NCBI GenBank assembly: GCA_051294375.1 | Contig: CM119267.1 | Span: 23,862,111 to 23,926,110 of the forward strand | Direction of reading: 5' to 3' | Origin: Paraspadella gotoi | Taxonomy: Eukaryota; Animalia; Chaetognatha | Length of the DNA stretch: 64,000 bases | Shown here: in pieces, positions 33,984 to 56,400 of the stretch | Layout of the letters: every line of letters starts with the position of its first letter | Numbering within the stretch: the stretch's first letter is position 1 | Notes under the pieces: model-generated | What the model was told of the DNA's origin: nothing | Seen by the model: only the letters and a program-made list of their open reading frames with translations | The model's database searches: none | Position numbers and translations under genes: made by a program

Positions 33984-35533
33984 CCCGATCTACGATGGTT
34001 TTTCACTCCGGCTCCTGGTGGCCGATTTACGTTTCCGATTTCTACGGACCCGGATGTAGTCAACATCCTTTCGATCCTTACAGGAAAGTCGAGTTTAGCA
34101 TTATCTTTCCTTACCTTCGCCCGTCAAAATTACTTACCCCATTCATTACTCACCACATCCCTCACACATACCAGCTTCACTCACATCCTTCACGGATTCA
34201 TCTTCTACGCACTCCTGGTCGTCTTACCTTCCGCCTTCATCGACTTACCCTCTTGGTGGGTCTTCGAGTGGGCCGCCATCTTGTCGGCCGCGTTGGAGGT
34301 CGGGTGGGAACTCGTAGAGAATTCGGAGATGGTCATGAGTCGATTCAGGCAGACGTCGGGCGTGTCGGGTGAGTTGTCGGGTTGGGTCGTGATTCAATTG
34401 TGAAAAATTTAGCAGAAAACAATTTTTAAAATATCTTTGGGCGTCTATTGTATGTACATACTAATGTGATAATTTCAAAATTTTTTTATGATTATTAAAA
34501 TCTAATATTTTTGGGATTGGGACGTTAGTGTTTAAGTTTATATTCTATGTCTATGACATAAAATGATAGATTTCCTTCAAAGCATCGCAAAGTTAAAAAC
34601 TTAAAATATTTTCTGCTCTTCTTATTAAACATTATTCTTTGTTCTCGTTAAAAAGTCGTCTATTGGTAAATCAAATATAAAAAAGAAGTAAACAAGGTAA
34701 TGCTCTTTTCGTATTGCCTTACTTAGCTTTTCTTTACTTTTCTTTTCAGTCGACTACCGAGGAGATTCCATCCAAAATTCCATCGGCGACGTCATCTGTG
34801 CAGAAACTGGATTTTGGATCTGCGTCGGTACATTTACTCTTCAGTCTGAAACGAATGATATCGGTCAAGGTCCCGGGTCTCAAGGTCTCAAGGTGTCATG
34901 GTCAAAGGTCTCAAGGACCAAGGGCCTTTAGACAGCACACTGATGGCTTTAGTGAACAGCAAACGGGTCACGTACCTCGAAAGCGATTCATGACAGCGTG
35001 GCGGAAGCTACGAAATACCGTTTCACCGACGAGAATGGCGAAGCAAGACCGGCTCGATATAATTGTGTCTGAGTTTAACATTGAGAGTTCTAAATCTGTA
35101 CTTATTCCCATCACGGTGATGCCCTGCGTCATGGGTATTATATACGTTTTTATACAGTAATACCCATGGAGTAAATATGGAACAATGATCAATCAGCATG
35201 CAGAAGAAACGGGCTAATATAAAATATTTTGGAGTGAATTCGTGACAGACTCTCATAGACTGTTGGACAGACAGACTCTCGTGGACAGACAGTCCTACAG
35301 ATCCGTATTTTTCTCTTCCTTCCCCCCCCCTCTCAGGTTTCGTCGCCGTCGGTCTCCCTTGGGCTCCGATCCTTTGGTACCTCGTGACGGAAATTCTCCT
35401 GGCGCTTCGTATCAGAGACGGACTGACTTTGACTTGGGTGCAGTTGGTCTTTGAGGTTGAGGCGATTAAGAAATGGCAGGGGGAGTTGTTGGAGAGAAAG
35501 AAGAGGGAGAGGGCGGAGGAGAAGAGGGAGTGA
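33984..35533 (+). CDS. DUF2585 (UPF0314)-like membrane protein with spliceosomal introns; 5' end uncertain
   Basis: Exons at about 33984-34083 (MVFHSGSWWPIYVSDFYGPGCSQHPFDPY), 34175-34368 (SFTHILHGFIFY...ALEVGWELVENSEMVMSRFRQTS), 34750-34827 (DYRGDSIQNSIGD...GFW) and 35337-35533 (...EILLALRIRDGLTLTWVQLVFEVEAIKKWQ...*). This matches the DUF2585 motif order as I recall it: SQH..D.Y..H..HG..FY, E..WE..EN, Y.GDS..NS..D, IRD.LTL, I..WQ. Confidence 0.85.
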
Positions 35534-36290
35534 GGGAGGGGGAGAGGAGACGGGGGAGAGGGAGTGAGGGAGAAAGAGAGAGAAAGACGTAGTCAAATTC
35601 CGCTCAAAAACGGACGAGGAAAAAAGCACCGTCATTGACAAATATCAATCTTTTTTTATTTTTGCTTTTTCAAGTTGCTATTTATATATTTTAGCTTCCA
35701 AATCTAAGCTTGGTGGTTGTATACACTGTGATTAAATATTCCTTAACGGTTTCGTATGTATGTTCCCTCAATTTTTCGTTGAGTAATTTTAGACAGTCAA
35801 ATGAGATATACAGGAGCCAATAGCCATATAGCTACTGATACAGCCCCTACACTTACGTAGACTGGGTAAAACAGCTTTTAAAGTCTAAACTCTCTCTTGG
35901 TTTAGCTTACATATAATACTTTTATTTCTTATAATATTAATTATCACTTATTGTATTATTTATAACAGAAATCCGTCTTTCCAACGTAAGACTCGAAAAA
36001 TCTCATTTGCATAACAAAACGACAGAATCGATTCCGTTGATCCTTTTATGTTTTTGGTTTGTTTTTTTTCGAAACAAGTTGTAATGTGTTTTGTTGTCTT
36101 TGGACTGTTTATCACTCTGGGAATAATATAAATATATTTTATTATTACAAGTAAAATATTAATTTAGGTCAGTTATCCTCCTGGATATTTTAAGTGAGAT
36201 AAAAAAGTATAATTTCGAGAGGAGTTTCATTAAAATAATGTGACCCAAAAAGATTACCATTGAACGATTCACAATTAACAAAACATCGAA

Positions 36291-45670
<9,380 letters not shown>

Positions 45671-46611
45671 AAACGATGCCGATTATTTTTTTTCTAATAA
45701 AAACTCTGGGAGGGAATAAACGAAACTCTGTGAGAGAGTCTTGATTGAAAGCTTGCATAGTCCTGCTATGTTATTATATCTCAAAGCCGTAAACCACCAT
45801 AGCCTGTCCCAAGTCAGGGGAAAGATAGCTTATTTATAAAATGAATGTATAGTTATTATATTGGTTGTACCAATTTTATTAATAACCATCGTAACCAGCG
45901 TTGTTATTCTGTTTTTAGACGAATATAACTTTGAATTTATGCTTGAGCGACATCTTTGGAAAAAACGATACAAAGTAAACAAGAGAACATACAATTTAAA
46001 AACCTGAGCTCTTTCAATTAACTTTCAAGCAATAATGACCTTTGAGAACAGCAATATGACCCCATTTAATAATTTCTTGTCACTATCCAAACGAAAGGAA
46101 AAAGACAGAATTCTAGAGAGGAAAATTTATCGGGCAAATCATTTCGTTTTCGCTCATAATTTAATAAGCAATGAGTAATAACTTCCACGGAACAAAAGAG
46201 AAGATGAAATGTAATATGTCACCTTTTTTGTGTGTGGCAATAATCGATCATAATTAATGACTGATAGATGAAGGCTCAAGTTTAAAAGGTCAAGTCTAAA
46301 GACGGATGAGAAGTGTCTCGAAAGAATCGTTCGTTTATTTCATATCGATCGAAGAACGTCCGTTAAGTTTAACTTAATAAATTGTTAGTTTTCGCCTTAA
46401 CTTTGGTTTTTATTCGACTTGTGTTTTAGGTATCATTATATGTAAATTCGAATACATTTTAATTTTTGTTATTATTGAGTGCGCGTATTTGTGTACGAAT
46501 TTTATTTTTCGCCAAACGACCAAACCGATATTTCTGAATTGAAAGCAATTTCACAATTTTTTTTTATTTTAAAAGTTTCTATATTTACTTTTAATTTAAT
46601 TTTAGAAGCCA

Positions 46612-49118
46612 ATGATGTCGCCGTTAACGTTTTTATTGACGCTCGTTGCGTCCATCGTCGCCCGGCAACCGGCACAAGCCAAGTGAGTAAATATTTTGCT
46701 TCTATTTCTCTTCATTCTGTATAATCACAGTCGGCAAATTGTTTTTTTTTTTTTTTTACAGTTCGTCTCCCGATGGCGACATTCACGTAAAAATCACTCA
46801 AACTGGATTGGACCGAATCGCCGAAGCATTGATGGAGGAATTTCCTCGAAAGGTGAGCTTAATGCGTTATGTCAGGATAAAATAATCCAGTTTGTTATTA
46901 AATGTAATGTCTATAATCAAATTGAATTATTAAAATATCAACACTATCTTTATTTTTTCCAATTATCACGATTCATTCTTTCCTCCTCTATTTTCCCCTT
47001 TTCCTATTTATTTACTATATTCCTTTTCCTCCCCGATATTACTCTTCCTCCCAACCGACCTCCCTCTCTCCCTCTCTCTCCCCCCCCCTCTAGCTCCCCC
47101 TCCTCGCCCGATTCAACAGCGAAGGCAGCGCCGATGAACACACGAGGGAAGAAATCGGCGACATTCGAGTCGTCGACGCCGTCGGCGGAACCTCGTCCCT
47201 CAGGACGGAACCGGTTTGTTTACTTATGTCATAAGTTATGACTGTAAACATACAATTTCGCAATCGATTGTCAAAATATCTTTTGGGTCAAACCGAATTA
47301 TCATAAGACCATTAGAAAACTCCTTACTCGGCCTTGGGAAGAAAAAACAAACTTCTAATAAAACGAATTGAAAGATACTAGATAAAACCTATGCTTCTAC
47401 AGTATGCAAATGAGATTGAGGAATTCGATGATCAAAAATTCAAGTTGCTCAATGTCTGTCTTTATTATCTAATATCTATATATCCATAATTTTGTTTGTT
47501 TCATAGACTAGGATTAAAAATACCTTAAGAGGAACAATATGCAATTTTGGAAGTTATTTTTCTTATTGTCAATACCAACTTAAGGTCAGTGAGTTCTCCT
47601 CCTCTAGCTTAAGGGTAAACAATCTCACACTCTCAACCACCCCCCAACCTCCCAACCACCATCTCACTACCCACCCCATCTCCCCCTCCTCCTCCAAAGA
47701 CCTCCAACGGCCTCCTCTGGCGCGGGGCTCTCCCTTCCGTCGTCTTCAGGGGTCAATGGGAATTTCGCGTCCAACGAGGATCGACGCGCGTCGAAGATCG
47801 AAGCAACTTCACCGTTCGAGTCGAGGATATCGAGTTCGAGGTGAAGACCGGCTTCGTGATTCGAGGGGGTAAGTTAAGATGAGGGAGGTGAGGCCTGGTG
47901 AGGGCTATGTTAGGAGTAGAATTCCGTGAGGGGCAATGGATGTACGGATAGACGAGGTGAGAGTGGAGACATTTAGTAGGTAAGTCCTAAGTAGGTACTA
48001 AGTAAGTACTAAGTAGGTTAGGGAAATGCCTTGATGGATAAGGGAAAAAACTTGAGATGGTTAATGAAAGATTTATCTAATTACCGAAAATTGGTCGTCG
48101 AGGAAAAAAGGAAATGTTAACAAGATATATAATTGAGTTTGATAACTTGCCAAATTTATATAACTTTTTGAACAGGTAAATTGCGGATGCAAAGACTCAA
48201 TCCATACGGATGCATGAAGTCGAGAAACAGCGAAGTAGACATGGGACCATACAGACACTTTTTGACTTTTAAACTCGTTCCTGGTAAGTGAATGTTTTTG
48301 CTGTAGTTTCATTTCGAAGTAGTTTTAAAGTATGTAATATTTATTAAAAAACACTACATTAGTTTATTAAAAAGCACTACAGTTAATTATTTAATTATCA
48401 TAATGTAATTAGCTTACGAGTTATATCATAAATCGAGTCAATCTATTGCCAATGACCTCACTCAAACTCCTGACCTTTTTCCAAGAATTCCAGCGCATCG
48501 CCCCCCGCCTCTCTACCAAACTCGACTACCCTCTCTGTCTGGCAGCGGAAGAGTTTTTGCGGCGCTGGAGCGACGGAGCTTTGGCCAGCGTCGGGGCGGC
48601 GGCTGCGGCGGCGAAGGCTGTGAAGGCCGAATTCGGGGCGGATTTCTTGAGATTCGGGTACATTTTATGTGTAGCGATGATCTTTCATTAATTTTTCATT
48701 AATTTTTTTCATTAATCTTTAATTTATTAATTTATTAATTATTCANNNNNNNNNNTTTAATTTATTAATTTATTAATTAATCATAAATTCATTAACTCGA
48801 TTCTTTTTCTCCAAAAGATTTTTTAAAAAACAGACGAAGTTTCATTCGCTCTTTTTAATCACCTCCTCCTCATTCTACTTCTCCGCTTTCAAAAACCGCC
48901 AAAACCGCGGTCGGCGAAAGTAAAAATTTAGCCTATTTAAAAGAGTGTTCCTACCTCACTTCTTCTTCTTGAAAAGAACCTCGTCCGGGGGGGGGGCGAC
49001 GGAAAAATCCTAAAGACTCCGGGATCGGCGGGAGCCGTAAAGTTTTATATTTCCATTGAACAGGAGTTAAATCTGAGTTACTGTCGTCCGGAGTTTACAC
49101 TCTTCCCTTCTCTCTCTC

Positions 49119-49176
<58 letters not shown>

Positions 49177-50986
49177 TCTCTCTCTCTCTCTCCTTACACA
49201 CAGATTCCGCAGCAAAAACTTTTCTCCCGATCACACGAATATTTCGCTTCGAACTCGACGACATCTTCGCCTCCGCCGCATCGGCGAATCCCGACGCCGC
49301 AGCAGCTGCAACATCAGCTAACGTCGCCGACTCACCCGCCCCCGCAGCCGCCTCAGCCGCGGCCAAGCGTCGTCGTCGTAGTCCTGGATTCGTTCGTCGA
49401 CGGATTTTATCCTCGAATCAACGAAAAGTTTGAGATAAAAGTCGACGACGAATTCGATGAAGAGACGAAGAAGGCGTTGGGTGAGATGGTTGGGGCTGGG
49501 GAGGAATATTTGGGGAGTAGGGGTCGATGAAAGAGGTGGAGGGGAAGGAGTGATAGCTGTTAGAGTTAAGGTTCACAAAGGAGTGGGCTTCGGTGAGAGG
49601 AAGTTTTGAAAGGGAAGTTTTCAGAAGAAAGGTTGGGTTAAAAAAGAAGAGCGTGAAGTGAAAATAGTTAAAATTAGTTATGTTTCGGGGACCGGGAGTG
49701 TGACAGAGATAAGCGAGGGTCAGTTAAAGTATAGACTGGAGAATTTGGGCGTGACCCGGTTTCTGGTGTAGGAAATCTGTTTGATTTGTCACCGATTCTG
49801 ACCTCTCACCTCGCCTCACCCCCAGAATCACTCTGCACCGCTCACCCAGATTGCGATCCTCGACTCGACGTTTCTCGATTCGTTTGCAGGTGAATGTCCT
49901 TCGTGGCCGAGTGGGTTAGACGGGAGTTTTCGGATCAAGTTGCCCCAGGTTCAAGCCCGTTGTAATAGTTCAAGGATAATTGTTTTTTTAAAATTTATTA
50001 TGTCCCGTGAAGAGAAGCTAAGACACTCAGTGACGAGTCCAAATTGTTGAAGAATCACCAGTGGGCGATGACGACCGGCACCGGATTCAGCGGCGTCGCA
50101 GCAACTTCTTATTCACGACATCCATTTTTGTTAATATTTACTGTCTCCACTGAACTTTAGCTAAAGTTTACCCAGCCAATTTACCATCTGCATCTACTAT
50201 TGACTTCAGTCGCTGTCTTAGTAAGAATACAAGTCCGGCCTGGTTCCATCCCAACCCGGTATACTTATCCTGTGGGTAACGGGAAGACGGCCGCAAATCA
50301 TCTTCAAGGACCCGTGCATAGCAGGGCTGAAAAAATTGATCTTCAGGATCACTAAACGCCCCCCTTCCCCCCCCTCTCTCTTTAGCGTCGAACTAAAGGA
50401 GCCGCTCCTCACGACGAGCACCGCCGCAGACGGCGCTGTCGTCGAATCAAGACGCGTCGATGTTCTGATCGAGAAGAAGACGGGACGAAAAAAGAGGAAG
50501 ATAAATGCGGCCGAGATGATCGTCCAGGTGCGTCAGCTGGGAGTGAAATTGACATGACTTGATAATATATTAATCTTTGTATTAAAATGGCAATTTTATT
50601 CCCATGCGCGGAACAAGGAGAGGAAAATATTTGTTGAATGATATTAACCGAAATGAATTACTAAGGCGGGTTCTAGTTGCTTGGCGACGTCGCCATGGTG
50701 ATATCGTTGGCGACTTCGCCAGTGATAAAAATATTTAAAAGTAGCGAATAAGACAATGCTCATTTCCCCGCTATTTTTTTTTCTCCTTTTTTTACCTAAC
50801 CCAACAACTCACCGTGAAACTAAACCCAGTGAAGGCCACGCCCACCTTTCACGACGTATTGCGACACTATTGACGCTCAACTTTTCGGCGCCGACGATCG
50901 ACGTTCACACTGTAGTCTCCTACACGTCGATGCGATTCATGCGAGACGATGTTAGGGAACCCCTGGAACTGGCCGTCAAAAAGTGA

Positions 50987-51025
<39 letters not shown>

Positions 51026-51667
51026 AATTTGGAGAAAGATGGGAGTCTATGAAGAATGTTATGGCTTTTCTTTTCTTCTCTTTTCTTTTCTTTTCTTTTC
51101 TTTTTTTATATTTCTCTTCTTTTCTTTTCCTTCTTTACATTTCTTTTCTTTTTTTTTGGTCTTTTGTTGTCTTGTCTTGTCTTCTTTTCTTTTCTTTTAT
51201 ATTATCATTTTCTTTTCTTTTATTTCATTTTCTTTTCTTTATTTTTAAATTCTTAAATTCTCTCCTTCCCCTTTTTTCCCTTTACTTTTTTTTTTTAATT
51301 TATTTTTCTTTCCTAATTCCTAATTTGGTTTCATTTTCTTTCGATTTCTTTTGTTTCACAATAATATTAACTCACTCCTTTTCCTCTTCAGCTTCGTTCT
51401 CACGGCCGCGTCCCGTCTGGGTCTCCCAGCCCTCAGATCCCTCGGCCGACGCGGCTTTCGGCTGCCCTCGGTCGATCCCGAGTTCGTGGGCGATCTACCC
51501 GATTGGATGCGGGGTTACCACCCGGTTGAGGGACCCCGATGGGGCAACGGGTACCCGAGGGACGAAGAACAGCCCCGGGTCATCAGCCCTAAACCCCGTC
51601 TGGCCAACGGGGTCGCGACGACGGGCAACGGGGCTTTCGTAATAAGAGGAGATTTGGAATTCGATTG
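46612..51667 (+). CDS. BPI/LBP/PLTP/CETP family lipid-binding protein, divergent
   Basis: Signal exon 46612-46682 (MMSPLTFLLTLVASIVA). Exon 46762-46852 'DIHVKITQTGLD' resembles BPI 'GVVVRISQKGLD'. Exon ~47700-47867 reads 'GLLW...FRGQW...SNFTVRVEDIEF'. Further exons lie at about 47093, 48176, 48486, 49204, 49826, 50385 and 50830. The last exon, 51392-51667, 'LPAL...GFRLP...LANGV...AFVIRGDLEF*', matches the BPI C-terminus. Some internal frames are unresolved. Confidence 0.75.
49897..49962 (+). mobile_element. tRNA-like SINE head or tRNA pseudogene in a BPI-gene intron
   Basis: A box tggccgagtgg and B box ggttcaagccc, without a complete cloverleaf. It lies upstream of family-B-like sequence. 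Confidence 0.5.
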
Positions 51668-52169
51668 ATTGGATCGCGATGATTGGGGGGGGGTAGGGGG
51701 GGTTAAAGGCGAGCAGACGCTATGACACAGTATAGTTTTAAAAAAACGAAAATAGAACGAAGGAGGCATAGTGTTATATCTTTTACAATTTACAGAATCC
51801 GATGTTCGGTTTACGTTTTACTTTTTAATGTATAATTGAAATAGTAACTGTTAGTATCATTTTGATAATCATAGACCGTGTTTGTTGATTTTTAGGAAGT
51901 ATTGCTGTTTTTCAATCGACATCAATTCTTGGCTATTAAAGCAAATCACTTCTTTGACTGCTTTTTTTCACCGCATTGTCTTTCTATTTTAATTAAGGCA
52001 GAGGATATCAGGTATACAAAGTCAAATGTTATTAATAATTTGAATTAAATGCAAAAGATATTATTAAATTTGAATATTTTTAACAATGTGATTGACAAAA
52101 ACAGTACGTGTATTTCGTGAAAAATCAGATTTCTTTTTGATGAATAAAATTAAAAGAAGGTCCAAAAGT

Positions 52170-52241
52170 TAGCAGCGGATGGTTTCGATCCATCGACCTC
52201 TGGGTTATGGGCCCAGCACGCTCCCACTGCGCCACGCTGCT
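52170..52241 (-). tRNA. Initiator tRNA-Met (CAT)
   Basis: Reverse complement AGCAGCGTGGCGCAGTGGGAGCGTGCTGGGCCCATAACCCAGAGGTCGATGGATCGAAACCATCCGCTGCTA. It has the A1:U72 pair, three G:C pairs in the anticodon stem and a GATCG T-loop typical of eukaryotic initiators, with a TTTT Pol III terminator just downstream. Confidence 0.97.
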
Positions 52242-53475
52242 ACTAGGAAATAGGTAAACAGAAGCCAGTGAATTTAAGCTCGGAAATATATTTTCCTTCC
52301 CCTGCCTTGTCCAGTTTGGAGACGAAGCCAGCCGTGGTATAAGATTTCTCTGCTCCAAAAATTCACGATGCTGTTTGACGGGATTGAAATCTTCACTCAA
52401 CATCCGGGACCTTCCTCCCCCGCCCCCCTCACAAACGCTCCTATTCGTTTTGAAAAGAAAAAAACGGTTCTGATTCCACTTTTCAGAGAGAGACAGAGAC
52501 AGGGAGATAGAGATAGAGAGACCGAGAGACGGAGATACAGAGAGAGATATATATATATATATATATACAAAGAGACAAATATTAATATCCTTGCCTATCC
52601 TTGGATTTTCTTTTTGGCTCGAGACAAGTTCAAAGCCAAAATCTCATCGTCAAAAGAGTAAGGAACCCGTTTTACATTTCCCTACTCCGCCTGGTGTTCC
52701 GCGGAAAGATTTTGACAAAAAAATTGAAATTTTAAAAACCACTATGAGAATAATTAAAAGAGTAGGTTTAACTAGGAACACAATCTTTCATTTTCATGTA
52801 TAATCTACTTGGATATATTTAGTTCTGAATAAAAGAACAACAGACCGAGGCAGAGAGTCAATTAGGACTGTAGCGTTTTCAGAACTCAGTAGGACGAAAG
52901 AATATGGAATAGTAAGAGTAAAACAAATAGTAGAAGTTAGAAGGTGAAGCAAAAAGTATTAATTTAGTTCCTTTGCTTCTGTCATCGGAAAAACCCATGA
53001 GTCAAAAATTTCATTCCCGACTCTGATCCAATGAACGAGTTTTTTGTAAAGATTTTTAAAAAAACCAGTTTTTCCTCTTGGTAAAACGCGTATAGGCTAT
53101 ACTATAGCGACTGTCAAGAGATGTTTCGTTTTAAAAAGATTATTGTTTGAATAAAATAAAATTATTATTTAAAAATAATATTACAAATAATAATGTTTTC
53201 AAATAATATTTGGGCATTTAAAATATTTCTTTTTTAAAAAAGGCTCAACTTTTTTTGAAAAAAATTTTTAAATCAATTAGTTAAATAAGGTAAATATTAT
53301 TAACTAATAACTATGGATAATAATATCCATTAAACTAAATGTTTTAATGCGCCACTTTACATTTCTTCATCGCCTCTTTTCTGTCAATACTTTAAATGAC
53401 GCTCACGTCAAAAAAACCGCTTCTTCTTTAAAAGACCCAAACATTTTTGGAGAAATCTTTTTCGTACACATCTCC

Positions 53476-56400
53476 ATGGCGACGTTAACGACCAAATTCA
53501 TCGGAAGAATTAGCAAGATTTTTCTTATTTTTATTCTCATATTATTCAGGGGTAAGTCAAATTTATAGAGAAATGTTCTCACGTTGGAAAGTACAGCCGA
53601 CCGCAAAACCGGTTCACCAGGAATTCTTTTTGACAGGATCCGTTTTAAAGTTTACTTTTTGTTTATGTTTAATTTAAATTTAGGAATAAATGATGAGATT
53701 TTCTATCTCTCTCTCTCAAAATAGGTTTTTCCACTACTTCACAATTTACCTCATTAAAACGCCTAGAAATCTTCCCCTATTAAATTCCAGAGGCCGTCAT
53801 ATCTGCCAATAAAGGAGACAAGGGAGATAAAGGAGACCAGGGAAATAAAGGAGACCAAGGAGCTAAAGGAGACCAGGGAGATAAAGGAGACCAGGGAGAT
53901 AAGGGAGACAAAGGTTGGCAGGGAGACAAAGGTTGGCAGGGAGTAAAAGGGAACAAGGGCGAACGGGGAGACAAGGGCATGAAAGGATGGTGGGGAGACA
54001 AGGGGAACCTAGGCGATAAGGGAGAGCAGGGAGACAAAGGAATGCAGGGAGTTAAAGGAGGACAGGGAGAACAGGGAGATAAAGGGGTGAAAGGAGACTG
54101 GGGTGACAAAGGAAACCAGGGCAATAAAGGGGAGTTGGGAATAAAGGGAGAACAGGGAAGAAAAGGTGACAGGGGTGAACGTGGGGACAAAGGCGAGAAG
54201 GGAGGGTGGGGTGACAAAGGGGAAAGAGGTGACAAAGGAGTGATGGGAGACAAGGGGAAACAGGGAGACAAGGGTCATAAAGGAGAACATGGTGACAAAG
54301 GCTTAAAAGGATCGTTGGGAGACAAGGGAGAAATGGGGGATAAGGGAAATCATGGAGAAAAGGGCGAGCAGGGAATAAAAGGTGACAAGGGTAAACTGGG
54401 AGACAAGGGAGAGCATGGAGCGAAAGGTGACATGGGTCACGAAGGAATTAAAGGAGATAAAGGAGAACGAGGAGACAAAGGAGAAAAAGGGTTACAAGGA
54501 GACAAGGGTGAATATGGTAATAAGGGTGAACGAGGAATGCAGGGAATTAAGGGTAAACAGGGAGAGAAAGGCGTCAAGGGCGAACAGGGTATGACTGGGC
54601 AGCAGGGACAACAAGGTCAGAAAGGAGCACAGGGAGCGAGAGGAGAACAAGGAGCTCCCGGACCCAATGGACAAGTTGTCATGGCAGCAGGTGTACATAA
54701 ATATATATATATATTATAACAAGAGAATGTTTTAAAAACGTATCGGTAAAATATTTTAAACTTCTATTGTAATCAATTAACATCAATTAACTTCTATTCT
54801 AGTCAATTTATAAATTTTGATTTAATCCTTAAATTCCCAACAAGAGAATGTCAGAAAAATATTTTAAACTTCTTTTCTAGCCAATTAACATATTTCAAAC
54901 ATATTCTCAAACTTCTATTCAATTCAAGTAATGTAAACAATTTATAAATTTTAATTTAATCTTTTTCTTATCTTTTTACGGCCTTCTAAAAGAAACCTCT
55001 TAAATCCAAGAATCTCTTTATATATACATTATATTATTATACATATATATTTATATTATTCCGGTTTCCAGGTCTCGACCAAATCGCAAGATTTTGTACG
55101 ATTCTGTCCAACGGAACGGTTCGCTGCTTCTGTCCTCAGGGAATGACAGAGAACAACAACACCCAATGCGTAGAAATCAAGACTTTCACGGCAAAGATCA
55201 AAACTCAGGATCGGAACTTCGACCTTTTGGAGACGAGGGTGAGACCTTTTCACAATTCACACTTCACATGGTTAGATATAATGCATATAAAAACTATGAG
55301 GACATTTTCTTGCTTTGGTTTGGCGAACCTAATCTATATAGAGATTTTCCTTCTTGTCGGTTCTATTTTGAGACCAGGCCAAGCCCGCTCGATTCTGAGG
55401 CTCGCTTTACCGTAAAACTGAACCGGTTTTTCCAGATCAATGGAAGATAGCATTTAATTTAAACGCGACTTAATAAGACTTTTTTTGTGTCTGCCTGTTT
55501 ATTGTTTATTGAATTTTTTTAAAAAAGATTATCAACTGAGCCTTGTGGAAAAAACTTGTTTCGTGTAAAAAAAGTTTTATTGTCCAAGAAAGGAACAGGG
55601 AAAAAGGGCGGGACTAATATTAATAATATTAATAATACAGACTGAGGGACACGTGACTGAAAATTATTATTAATAATTTATTTTTAATTATAATTTTCAG
55701 TTGAAGGAACTTTTGAACGGCGCTTTTACGGAGATGGTCAAATTCGGAAGGGTGATCAATTTGGGTGAAATTCAAAACGACGGATATTTGGTGATTATTT
55801 TTTGTATTTTTGATATTTTTTTTTCGTTAGTTACATTAGCAGGCTGGTGGTCCGTATTAATATAACCGCAACCTAGAATTTAAATAATACTCCGATGCTG
55901 ATATGAACGTTCTCGTATTGTATATTATATTGTACGATGTATGATGTATACTTATAAGTATGTTCTCGAAACCAACCGCGTTGGGTTTTATCCCTCAGGC
56001 GGAATTCTCTGCGAGTTACCAAAAGACGTCGTCCAATGAAGGAGAGGGCGTGACGGGAGTCGAAGGGCGAATCAACGACGCCATCGGGGTCCAGAGTGCG
56101 AGGCGAAACGCCGTGCTGTCGAGTTTCTTCGAAAAAGATTCAGTCGTCGTATCAGGTCGACAAAAAACTACTAGGGTGGATGGAGGGATGGGGAATGGAG
56201 TGAGATTATTGAATGAAATTGGTACAACCAATATAACAATTATCCATTCATTTAATAATTACGGACAGGCTTTGGTGGTTTAAGGCCTCCATCACTCTTA
56301 CAAGATAATGACATAGCAGGTCCCTGCAAGCTTTCAATCAAGACTCTCTCGTTTATTCACTCCCAAAGTACCTGGCTTCCCTATCAATAAAGTGGTATTG

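Noticed and set aside
33669-34083. The 244-aa ORF as a single-exon protein
   Set aside because: Its first half runs through a (CT)n intron and reads exon 1 in the wrong frame; the conserved SQH…DPY motif is in the 33995 frame.
53780-54271. Minus-strand Pro/Leu/Ser-rich ORF
   Set aside because: It is the antisense shadow of the G-X-Y codons.
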